A DNA stretch of 64,000 bases from Bacillota bacterium (GTDB lineage: Bacteria > Bacillota > Negativicutes > JBAXTZ01), in contig JBAXTZ010000001.1 in the NCBI GenBank assembly GCA_037129925.1, positions 25,155 through 89,154 of the forward strand, given 5' to 3'. Positions 51,711 to 60,185 of the stretch are shown in pieces; the first letter of the stretch is position 1; each line of letters starts with the position of its first letter. The position numbers and the translations under genes are program-made. The notes below the pieces were generated by a model that was not told the DNA's origin, did no database searches, and saw nothing but the letters and a program-made list of their open reading frames with translations.

Positions 51711-53471
51711 ATGAAGACTATCCGCTTAATCGCTCTGTCCTTGATATTCGCGTTACTCTTTTCACTGCCATTGTACGCCGCCGGTGATTTGCAAAATAGC
51801 GTTGTCGCCAGTGTAGTTACAAACAATATTCAGTCTGACGCTACAGTTACCGTTCTCACCACAACCGATGTTCACGGTTTTGTTTATCCTTACGACTACA
51901 ACACCAATCAGGCCATCGACAACAGCTTGGCGGAAGCCTACACTATTATCCAAAGCGAACAAACTACTTACAAGAACAACCTGTTACTGGACGCCGGCGA
52001 TACGTTACAAGGCACGCCGCTAGCCTCGTTTTATAATTCTATCGACACGTCCTGGCAAACGCACCCGCTGTTTGCCGTCTATGATTTGATGCATTACGAT
52101 GCTGTGTGTATCGGCAATCACGATTTTAATTTTGGCAAGAAGTTGCTCGAGAAAGCCCGTAGCGGTCTGCGCACCCCGTTGCTTGGCGCGAACATTATCG
52201 ATAGCAAAACCAAGACCACTTGGAATCAAGTAGCGCCATATATTATTAAACGCTTCGAAACTCCAAAAGGCGTTATCACTGTTGCCGTAATCGGCACGGT
52301 AACTCCGGCAATTCCCAACTGGGAAAACCCCGGCAATTATGCCGGATTAACCTTTGTCGATCAAGTCCCGGCGGCACGCGCAGTTATCGACAAACTAAAG
52401 GGCAAGGTTGATGCGTTTATCCTGCTTAGCCATTCCGGCGTTGAAATCAATGGCGCTGAAACCATCGCCACTGAAAACGAAATTGTCCGCTTGACCGCCG
52501 CTTGCCCGGAGGCAGCGTTGATAATCGGCGGACACAAACATCAAATTTGGGATGAATCCAAAACCATTACCGATTTGAACAAGCAACCACTCTATATTAA
52601 TTCCATTGTTAACGGCGTTCCTTATCTGTCGCCGGGGATGTTTGGAAAATTTGTCGGCGAAGCCCGGCTGGGGTTCGACAAAACCGCTAGCGGCTGGAAA
52701 GTGGTCAGCGTCAACACCAAAAACATTCCCGTTAGCGGCGTCGCACCGGACAAAAAAATAGTAGCATTCATTCAACCCTATCACGATAAGGTCATGAAAT
52801 ATCTAAACGCCTCAATCGGCGATGCCGCAACGACTTTTCCGCCTTGTGACTTTACTGCCGACAATCCGCTGGTGCGGTTAATTAACCAATCAATGATGTA
52901 TTATGGCAAAGCCGACCTGTCATCGTCGGCAAATTTTAACAAGGCTGCCACTATCCCCAAAGGGGCAATAACCCGTAACAGTATGTACTCGCTATATGTT
53001 TATGAAAATTACCTCTACACCATCAAAATTACTGGCGCCCAGCTAAAAAAATTCCTCGAGTATTCTGCGCGCTATATCAATGCCGCACCGGTCGGTGCAA
53101 CAAGCTTCACAGTCGGTGGTCCGGCAAATTCGATTCCCAGCTATAACTACGACATTGTTGAAGGTGTGACTTACACTATTAACGCCGCCCGCCCGGTCGG
53201 TCAAAGAATCGAGCAACTAACGTTCAAAAACCGTCCGGTTCAAGCAACCGACACTTTCAGCTTCGCGATGAACAACTATCGCTATAACGGCGGCGGCGGC
53301 TTTATGAATGCCATGGGCTTTGATAACGATCATCCCGCCGAAGTGCTCTATGATTCCCAAAAACAACTCGGCGATGAAGGTCAGATTCGCAACTTGATAA
53401 TGAACTACATAATATTAAAAAAAGTTATCACTCCGCAATATGAAGCCAATCCGCAAATAGCGGCACGTTAA
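51711..53471 (+). CDS. secreted bifunctional metallophosphatase/5'-nucleotidase (UshA-like)
   Basis: Signal peptide, DVHG and GNHDFN metallophosphatase motifs, and a C-terminal 5'-nucleotidase domain. GGGAGG RBS before the ATG at 51711. Confidence 0.8.
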   Translation: MKTIRLIALSLIFALLFSLPLYAAGDLQNSVVASVVTNNIQSDATVTVLTTTDVHGFVYPYDYNTNQAIDNSLAEAYTIIQSEQTTYKNNLLLDAGDTLQGTPLASFYNSIDTSWQTHPLFAVYDLMHYDAVCIGNHDFNFGKKLLEKARSGLRTPLLGANIIDSKTKTTWNQVAPYIIKRFETPKGVITVAVIGTVTPAIPNWENPGNYAGLTFVDQVPAARAVIDKLKGKVDAFILLSHSGVEINGAETIATENEIVRLTAACPEAALIIGGHKHQIWDESKTITDLNKQPLYINSIVNGVPYLSPGMFGKFVGEARLGFDKTASGWKVVSVNTKNIPVSGVAPDKKIVAFIQPYHDKVMKYLNASIGDAATTFPPCDFTADNPLVRLINQSMMYYGKADLSSSANFNKAATIPKGAITRNSMYSLYVYENYLYTIKITGAQLKKFLEYSARYINAAPVGATSFTVGGPANSIPSYNYDIVEGVTYTINAARPVGQRIEQLTFKNRPVQATDTFSFAMNNYRYNGGGGFMNAMGFDNDHPAEVLYDSQKQLGDEGQIRNLIMNYIILKKVITPQYEANPQIAAR

Positions 53472-53547
53472 ATAGTTCAATTACGTCTGATTTTCGTCCT
53501 TTTTCGGTTGAGCTGTAAAATATATGCTGTGTTTGTTTAGTAATTAT

Positions 53548-53560
53548 GATATAATTAGCA
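53548..53560 (+). promoter_or_regulatory. candidate extended -10 promoter for the NMO-like gene
   Basis: tatgatataatt (TGnTATAAT-like), about 55 nt upstream of an AAGGAG RBS and the ATG at 53612. Confidence 0.35.
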
Positions 53561-53611
53561 ATATTTTTTCAGAGACATACGATATTTTATAGAAAACTTT
53601 AAGGAGCCACA

Positions 53612-54703
53612 ATGACCACCAACATCTTCAAGGAATTGAAAATCGGAAATTTAACAGCCAGAATGCCAATAATTCAAGGCGGAATGGGCATCGGCGTGTC
53701 GTTGTCCGGACTGGCCGCTGCTGTTGCTAACGAGGGCGGCATCGGCATTATCGCCGCCGCCGGTATCGGCACTCCGGAAAGCGACTATTCGACAAATTGG
53801 TTTGAAGCCAATAGCCGGGCGTTGAAACGCGAGATTGCCAAGGCTCGCGAATTATCCAAAGGTATCATCGGTGTAAACATTATGGTGGCGCTGACTGATT
53901 ATGCCGGTCTTGTCAGAACCGCCATTGCCGAGAAAATTGACATTATTTTTTCCGGCGCCGGTATGCCGTTGGATTTACCATCATATTTGCATGAAGGCGA
54001 CCAAACCAAACTGGTGCCGATCGTTTCTTCAGCGCGTGCCGCCGGGATTATTTGCAAAAAATGGCTAGACAAATTCAATTACCTGCCAGATGCGATTGTT
54101 GTCGAAGGCCCAATGGCCGGCGGGCATCTGGGGTTCAAAGAAGAGCAACTGACCGACCCGAACTTTTCGTTGGAGAAGTTAGTTACTGAGGTAATCAACA
54201 CTGTTAAACCATATATCGATAAGTATCTCAAACCAATTCCGGTCATCGCCGCCGGTGGCATCTATACCGGCGCTGACATACGCCGCTTTTTGCAATTAGG
54301 CGCGGCTGGTGTGCAGATGGCAACCCGCTTTGTCACCACTCTCGAGTGCGACGCGTCGATCAAGTTTAAGCAAGCCTATATCGACGCCAAAAAAGAAGAC
54401 ATTGTCATCATAAAAAGTCCGGTCGGAATGCCCGGTCGCGCTATCCGCAGCCCGTTCACTGAATCCGTCAGTGATGGCAAGAAAATTCCTTATCACTGTT
54501 CCAGCCATTGCCTAAAAACCTGTGACAATGTCAACAGTCCGTATTGCATAACCTGGGCGCTAGTCAGCGCAAAAAAAGGCAACTTCAACCACGGTTTCGC
54601 CTTCGCCGGCGAAAATGCCTATCGCGCGACTGAGATTGTAACAGTCAAACAAGTGATGGACGACCTCAAAACCGAGTACTCGACAGCGTCTGCAGTTAAC
54701 TAA
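53612..54703 (+). CDS. nitronate monooxygenase family protein (FabK-like enoyl-ACP reductase II fold)
   Basis: MPIIQGGMGIGVS FMN-binding N-terminus and a TIM-barrel NMO pattern, 363 aa. Confidence 0.75.
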   Translation: MTTNIFKELKIGNLTARMPIIQGGMGIGVSLSGLAAAVANEGGIGIIAAAGIGTPESDYSTNWFEANSRALKREIAKARELSKGIIGVNIMVALTDYAGLVRTAIAEKIDIIFSGAGMPLDLPSYLHEGDQTKLVPIVSSARAAGIICKKWLDKFNYLPDAIVVEGPMAGGHLGFKEEQLTDPNFSLEKLVTEVINTVKPYIDKYLKPIPVIAAGGIYTGADIRRFLQLGAAGVQMATRFVTTLECDASIKFKQAYIDAKKEDIVIIKSPVGMPGRAIRSPFTESVSDGKKIPYHCSSHCLKTCDNVNSPYCITWALVSAKKGNFNHGFAFAGENAYRATEIVTVKQVMDDLKTEYSTASAVN

Positions 54704-54718
54704 ATAATTCCACAAAAA

Positions 54719-54751
54719 TAACGCCCTGTGTAAACAGGACGTTTTTTTGTG
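54719..54751. terminator. bidirectional hairpin terminator between convergent genes
   Basis: aacgccctgt / acaggacgtt stem with one mismatch and a 4-nt loop, followed by a T7 run. An A-run precedes it. Confidence 0.5.
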
Positions 54752-54756
54752 CGCTA

Positions 54757-56061
54757 CTATTTTTTATGAGTCATAATATCCAGGATTACCTCATCAGTCA
54801 CTTGCATTCCCAGCTGCGAAAGTTCACCGATGTTGCGGATTGTCGCTTCGACATCACAACCGACAATGCCGTCACCGTCGTGCAGGGCGTGGCGATTCTG
54901 CGCGAGCATCGCCCCGTCAAAAGCTGAGTAAACACCGGTGGCAATCTTCATAGCGCACGAGGCTTTAGCGCCGTCACAAATCATTCCGGCGATGTTTCCC
55001 AGAGTATTCACAACCGCGTTGGACACCGTCGCCAAATCTTCCCCGTCCAATAATGCAATAGCACCGCTCACTGCCGCCGAAGCACAAACAACGCCGCAAT
55101 GTGCCGATAGCCGTCCAACGTTCGTCTTGATGTGTACCGTCGCCAGATGCGAAAAAAACAATGCTCGAATGAGGTGCTCGCGATCAATGTTTTTCTCATG
55201 ACAGTATTTTATCAACGGCAACGATGCCGCCATTCCTTGATTGCCGCTACCGCTAGTCGTCATTACCGGTAGCGGACAGCCGCTCATACGGGCATCGCTA
55301 CCGGCAGCAGCAAAACTCGCGCAAACATTTTTACGATCGTAGCCATATACACCATCTTTGATACTCTTAATGATGCAACTGCCCAAGTTTACGCCCCAAA
55401 TTTCCCTTAGCCCCTCTTCGGCAATTGCGCTGTTGAGCGTGATAACTTTTTCAAACAACGGACGAATGAGTTCAAAATCAATGTTTTTTGCCAGATTATA
55501 GATAAGCTCGATACTAAGGAATTTGCGGTCGGTGAGCGCTGAATTGAAATCAGCATCGGTGCAGATCCGGTTGATAAGCACTTTATCATCCTTGCAGATT
55601 TTGGTAATATTGGTGTGCAGATGTTTTACTTCAACGCTGGCGCTATGACCGCCACCGCTCAGCTCCACGCGAATATAGAGTTTGATATCCGTTGGCTCAA
55701 GATGAACTTCAACGGTTCCGGTTTCCAAAAACTTCACAACATTGGCAAGCGCTTCCGGGGTAACATCCTGAATAACCATCAACTGTTTTTCAGGTTTACC
55801 TGCAATCGCGCCCATTGCCGCCGAAACTTCGATTCCCACCCTGCCGCCGCTTTTCGGCACAACCACACTTTTGACATTTTTGACAATGTTTCCGGATACA
55901 TATATTTTCATCACTTCCGGCACACAACCGAGAACCTCGCGGGCTTTTGCGGCTACATAGGCCAGGGCTATCGGCTCGGTGCAGCCTTCAGCCGGAACTA
56001 TTTCTTCGTCAAGTATCGCCAATATCTTCGCGATAACGTCTTTAGCAAATTCCATAATCAC
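54757..56061 (-). CDS. UPF0597/serine-dehydratase-like family protein (L-cysteine desulfidase-like)
   Basis: 434 aa with the CTEPIA motif near the N-terminus and a size matching YhaM/CdsB. Confidence 0.6.
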   Translation of the reverse strand: MIMEFAKDVIAKILAILDEEIVPAEGCTEPIALAYVAAKAREVLGCVPEVMKIYVSGNIVKNVKSVVVPKSGGRVGIEVSAAMGAIAGKPEKQLMVIQDVTPEALANVVKFLETGTVEVHLEPTDIKLYIRVELSGGGHSASVEVKHLHTNITKICKDDKVLINRICTDADFNSALTDRKFLSIELIYNLAKNIDFELIRPLFEKVITLNSAIAEEGLREIWGVNLGSCIIKSIKDGVYGYDRKNVCASFAAAGSDARMSGCPLPVMTTSGSGNQGMAASLPLIKYCHEKNIDREHLIRALFFSHLATVHIKTNVGRLSAHCGVVCASAAVSGAIALLDGEDLATVSNAVVNTLGNIAGMICDGAKASCAMKIATGVYSAFDGAMLAQNRHALHDGDGIVGCDVEATIRNIGELSQLGMQVTDEVILDIMTHKK

Positions 56062-56066
56062 TTCTC

Positions 56067-57059
56067 CTAATTAAATAGCATCAAAATAACTTTATGAATG
56101 ATACCGCCAATTACCGCCGTGAGCGGTATCGTGAGAAACCAGGCTTGCACCATCGTTTGACCGATGCCCCAGTTTACTGCCTTGATGCGCTGCGTTGAAC
56201 CCACGCCCATAATCGAACCTGCCACCACATGGGTAGTACTGACCGGCAAATGCAAGAGTGTGGCGCTCATAATCGTTATGGAAGAATTCAAATCTGCGGC
56301 AAAACCGCTTAACGGTGTTAACTTGTAGATTTTGCCACCCATCGTTTTTATGATGCGCCAGCCGCCGGTTGCCGTGCCAAAAGCCATCGCCGCGGCGCAG
56401 CATATTTTTACCCATAATGGAACATCCAGAGTTTCTAATTGTCCGGCACTCAGAAGCGCCAGAGTAATGATTCCCATGGCTTTTTGAGCATCATTGGCGC
56501 CATGTGAAAATGACATAATAGCTGCTGCGCAAACTTGCAATGGCTTAAACGTCGAGTTTATTTTCCCAGGCGACATTTTCCCGAAAAACAGCCGTAGCAA
56601 CTTCATTATGATTACACCCAATATTCCGCCGATAATCGGCGAAGCGATGAGCGCGACAAAGATAGTAAGCACCCCGACAATTTTCAAACCAGAAAAACCG
56701 TGTGAAACCAACACCGCGCCAATCAATCCGCCAATTATGGCATGCGATGAACTGCTCGGAATACCATAATACCAGGTAACCAAATTCCAGACAATCGCGG
56801 CAACGAGCGCGGCAATAATCGTCTGGGAGTCCACCATTTTTACCGAGCTCACAATATCGCCGCCAATAGTTTTGGCAACACCGGTAAAGCTCAGCGCCCC
56901 GATAAAATTAAACGCCGCCGACATCCAGACTGCCCGCCGCGGTGACAATGCCCGCGTCGAAACCGAAGTGGCAATAGCGTTTGCAGTATCGTGAAAACCA
57001 TTAATATAATCAAACGCCAACGCTAGAAAAACCAATACAATCAACAGCGCATCATGCAT
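56067..57059 (-). CDS. inorganic phosphate transporter, PiT family
   Basis: GFHDTANAIATSV and GANDAQKAMG signature repeats. Confidence 0.85.
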   Translation of the reverse strand: MHDALLIVLVFLALAFDYINGFHDTANAIATSVSTRALSPRRAVWMSAAFNFIGALSFTGVAKTIGGDIVSSVKMVDSQTIIAALVAAIVWNLVTWYYGIPSSSSHAIIGGLIGAVLVSHGFSGLKIVGVLTIFVALIASPIIGGILGVIIMKLLRLFFGKMSPGKINSTFKPLQVCAAAIMSFSHGANDAQKAMGIITLALLSAGQLETLDVPLWVKICCAAAMAFGTATGGWRIIKTMGGKIYKLTPLSGFAADLNSSITIMSATLLHLPVSTTHVVAGSIMGVGSTQRIKAVNWGIGQTMVQAWFLTIPLTAVIGGIIHKVILMLFN

Positions 57060-57702
57060 ATTTCATCACAACGCCACGAAATAGTTCAGCGATTTTCTCG
57101 CAATGATTTAACATTGATTCCAACTTCACCAACACGTCACGGAATTTGATCAATTCCACGCTGCTCATAGTATTCTTGTCATTATCTGCCAAGTCGAACA
57201 ACTTGGCGATTTCCCGATAATACAACTTGTCGCTCATGTCCTCTAATGCCACGATTTTTACAGCATGATCCAACAACTGTTGCTTGTTGGAACGCACCGA
57301 CTTGAGCCACTCCATCGATTTAACTATTTCATAGGTACATTGCTCAAGAAATCCGGCCATTTGCTGGATGCCCTCGGAGACTTTGACAAATTTATAACAG
57401 ACCATCAATTCAATCAAGTTTTCGTGCATATCAACCAATTCTTCAACCATATTAGTCAATGAATAGATGTCTTCACGGTCAATGGGCGTAATGAAAGTTT
57501 GATTTAAATGATCGATGATTTCTTTGTAAACCTCATCAGTCGACTCCTCGATATGAAACATCCGTTTTTCATTATCCAACGAAACTGTACCCTCGTTCAT
57601 AATCACATTCAGCAAAACCGATGCCTCGTTTGCTTTCATGCTGACTTTAAGCAACATGCCGAAAAACGGATCTTCCTTTTTTTTAAAAAAACCAAACATC
57701 AA
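57052..57702 (-). CDS. DUF47 (PhoU-like) family protein paired with PiT
   Basis: 216 aa helical protein overlapping the pit start by 8 nt, the typical DUF47-PiT arrangement. Confidence 0.75.
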   Translation of the reverse strand: MMFGFFKKKEDPFFGMLLKVSMKANEASVLLNVIMNEGTVSLDNEKRMFHIEESTDEVYKEIIDHLNQTFITPIDREDIYSLTNMVEELVDMHENLIELMVCYKFVKVSEGIQQMAGFLEQCTYEIVKSMEWLKSVRSNKQQLLDHAVKIVALEDMSDKLYYREIAKLFDLADNDKNTMSSVELIKFRDVLVKLESMLNHCEKIAELFRGVVMKYA

Positions 57703-57771
57703 TTAACCTCATCGCAAATATTTGAACCCAAAATCATTTTAGCACGCGGATGACTAATTATCAAATAGAAA

Positions 57772-57841
57772 CTGGCGGTCGGCGGCTGGTAGCTGGTGGC
57801 TAGTGGCTGGTAGCTGGCTACTATCAGCTAGCGGCTAATAA
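57772..57841. repeat. array of ten 7-nt-period repeats (CTGGCGG/CTGGTAG type) in a divergent promoter region
   Basis: CTGGCGG, TCGGCGG, CTGGTAG, CTGGTGG, CTAGTGG, CTGGTAG, CTGGCTA, CTATCAG, CTAGCGG, CTAATAA. Lies between the DUF47-pit operon on the minus strand and the ABC ATPase gene on the plus strand. Confidence 0.65.
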
Positions 57842-57880
57842 TGTTATAATTGCACAATATTTGTGTAAGGAACTTGATTT

Positions 57881-58684
57881 ATGAGCGGTAATATTATTGA
57901 AGTTACAAATCTCCACAAGCATTACGGGGCAGTACAAGCGGTAAACGGCATTTCGTTCAATATCGGTCGCGGCGAATCGTTTGCTTTTCTCGGACCAAAC
58001 GGCGCCGGCAAAAGTACTACCATCAAAATGCTAGTCACTCTGCTCCAACCAAGCAGCGGTGACGCGCTCATCAACAATCTTAGCCTGACCAGGCACTCTT
58101 CGGCAATCCGGCGGCTGATTGGCTATGTGCCGCAACTCATTTCCGTCGACGGCACGCTTACCGCCTATGAAAACCTGTTGCTAATGGCAAAATTATATGA
58201 CATTCCCCGCCGCGAGCGGGCGGACCGCGCCAGCGAGGTGCTGGAATTCCTCAATCTCAGCGACCAGAAAAACTCGTTGGTCAAAACTTTTTCCGGCGGC
58301 ATGATTCGCCGCTTGGAAATCGGTCAGGCGATAATTCACCAGCCACAGATAATTTATCTTGACGAACCAACATCCGGACTAGACCCGGTCGCCCGGCAAA
58401 ATGTATGGGAACACATCATGGATTTACGCGACCGCATGAACACTACGATTTTCTTTTCCACCCATCAAATGGAGGAAGCGGAAAATTACAGCGACCGGTT
58501 GGCAATCATCCATAAAGGCAAAATCGAAGCAATCGGCAGCTCCGAACAAATCCGGATTGCCACCAACAAACACAATGCCACGCTCGATGACGCGTTTATT
58601 CATTTTACCGGCAGTGAGCTAAATCAGGTCGGGCGTTTCCGTGACATTCGTCAGGCCAGACAAAATGAAAGGCGGTTGGGTTAA
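57881..58684 (+). CDS. ABC transporter ATP-binding protein (ABC-2 exporter type)
   Basis: GPNGAGKSTTIKML Walker A, FSGGMIRRLEIG signature, IYLDEPTSGLD Walker B. Confidence 0.85.
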   Translation: MSGNIIEVTNLHKHYGAVQAVNGISFNIGRGESFAFLGPNGAGKSTTIKMLVTLLQPSSGDALINNLSLTRHSSAIRRLIGYVPQLISVDGTLTAYENLLLMAKLYDIPRRERADRASEVLEFLNLSDQKNSLVKTFSGGMIRRLEIGQAIIHQPQIIYLDEPTSGLDPVARQNVWEHIMDLRDRMNTTIFFSTHQMEEAENYSDRLAIIHKGKIEAIGSSEQIRIATNKHNATLDDAFIHFTGSELNQVGRFRDIRQARQNERRLG

Positions 58685-59454
58685 TGAATTATATCTGGCA
58701 ATCGCTAACTAAGGCCTTGGTAATGGCGAATATGGAAAACAAGAAACTACTCCGTGACCCGATGGTGCTGGTCTCACGCTCGATACAGCCGGCGCTGTGG
58801 CTGGGGATTTTCGGTCAGGCAATGAGCCGAACCCGCGCCATTCCCACCGACGGCTGCACTTACCTGCAATTTATCACGCCGGGCATTCTCACCCAATCGG
58901 TAGTTTTTATCGCCATTTTTTACGGTTTGTCGGTCATCTGGGAAAAAGATTTAGGAATATTACAGAAATTCCTGATCACACCCACGCCGCGGCTGGCGCT
59001 GGTCTGGGGTAAAATGCTGGCTTCCGGCACCCGCGGACTGTGTCAGGTGGCAATAGTATTTATCTTTGCGCTACTATTGGGCATCGAGCTGCGCATGGAC
59101 TTGTTCGTGTTTTTCTGCACAATCATTATCGTCCTGCTAGGCTCGGCTTTTTTTACCGGCTTGTCGATGGTCATGGCGAGCATCGTCAAAACCCGTGAAC
59201 GGTTTATGGGTATCGGTCAGGCGATAACCTTGCCGCTGTTCTTCGCCTCCAACGCCATCTATCCAATCAGCATTATGCCGTCATGGTTGCAAATCGTCGC
59301 CAAGGTTAATCCGCTCAGTTATATGGTCGACGGTCTGCGGGCATTACTAATCAGCGGCAACTACAGCAGCTTAGCATTAGATATTATGGTGTTACTCAGC
59401 GCTGCGCTGTTGATGTCAGTTTTGAGCGCCAAGATGTACGCCCGGGTGGTTTAG
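58684..59454 (+). CDS. ABC-2 family transporter permease
   Basis: 256 aa with six predicted TM helices. Its start overlaps the ATPase stop. Confidence 0.75.
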   Translation: MNYIWQSLTKALVMANMENKKLLRDPMVLVSRSIQPALWLGIFGQAMSRTRAIPTDGCTYLQFITPGILTQSVVFIAIFYGLSVIWEKDLGILQKFLITPTPRLALVWGKMLASGTRGLCQVAIVFIFALLLGIELRMDLFVFFCTIIIVLLGSAFFTGLSMVMASIVKTRERFMGIGQAITLPLFFASNAIYPISIMPSWLQIVAKVNPLSYMVDGLRALLISGNYSSLALDIMVLLSAALLMSVLSAKMYARVV

Positions 59455-59527
59455 CTAACGGCATTAGCCTTGCGCCAAAATTATCATTACACCGCATACT
59501 TGCTTTTTAAATCAATAGCTAAAACGC

Positions 59528-59567
59528 AAAATGCCGCTCAACGATGTAACTCGTAAGGCGGCATTTT
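59528..59567 (+). terminator. rho-independent terminator after the ABC-2 operon
   Basis: aaaatgccgc / gcggcatttt 10-bp stem with a 20-nt loop, followed by ttttctt. Confidence 0.5.
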
Positions 59568-60185
59568 CTTGGATAAATAATTCGTTTTACTCCACAAAAA
59601 GCAAAAATCCCGCCTCACCACAAATGGTGCGCGGGTTCTTTGTTTTTCCCTCGTAAGTCTTGGCCGTCGGCTCAAGGCCGGCGGTCAAGGCTCGTCGGTT
59701 TGACTACCTGCTATTTCTGCAGGCCCCTTCTCGTTGCTGTCGCGATGCTTTGGTCTCTGCGATGCTACTGTTAGTCAGATGTCGTTGTCTCCGTCCATCC
59801 TATATCGATGAGTATTACCTGCTCTCATCGACAACAGTTGCGAGTCGGGTATTACCAGCTTGTAGCTGGCTCCTCTCCCCGTTGCTGCCGCGTATGCTTT
59901 GGTAACTACGGTACTACTGCTATGTCTGGTTTACCTTTTGGGCTCCATTAAACTGATGAACTTAACCTGCGTTTCACCAGCAGCAGTTGCGGGGCGGATC
60001 CGCTTCAGCAAGTTGTCAACCTTGCCGTACGTCCACTCATCTTCGACCCGGTATTGCCGTTTCGTTTTTGAGTGTAACCAGATTATACTACCGAAATTTG
60101 GTCAAGTCAATGCTTTTTCTGCAATAATGTTTATTAATAAATTAAAATATGCTACTCTCGTAAATTGCACATAAGTTTAGCGGGA

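Noticed and set aside
59660-60174. Two plus-strand ORFs (81 and 91 aa) in the long noncoding region
   Set aside because: No RBS and Cys/Arg/Leu-rich low-complexity products. They overlap the direct repeats and hairpins, so the region is better treated as noncoding.
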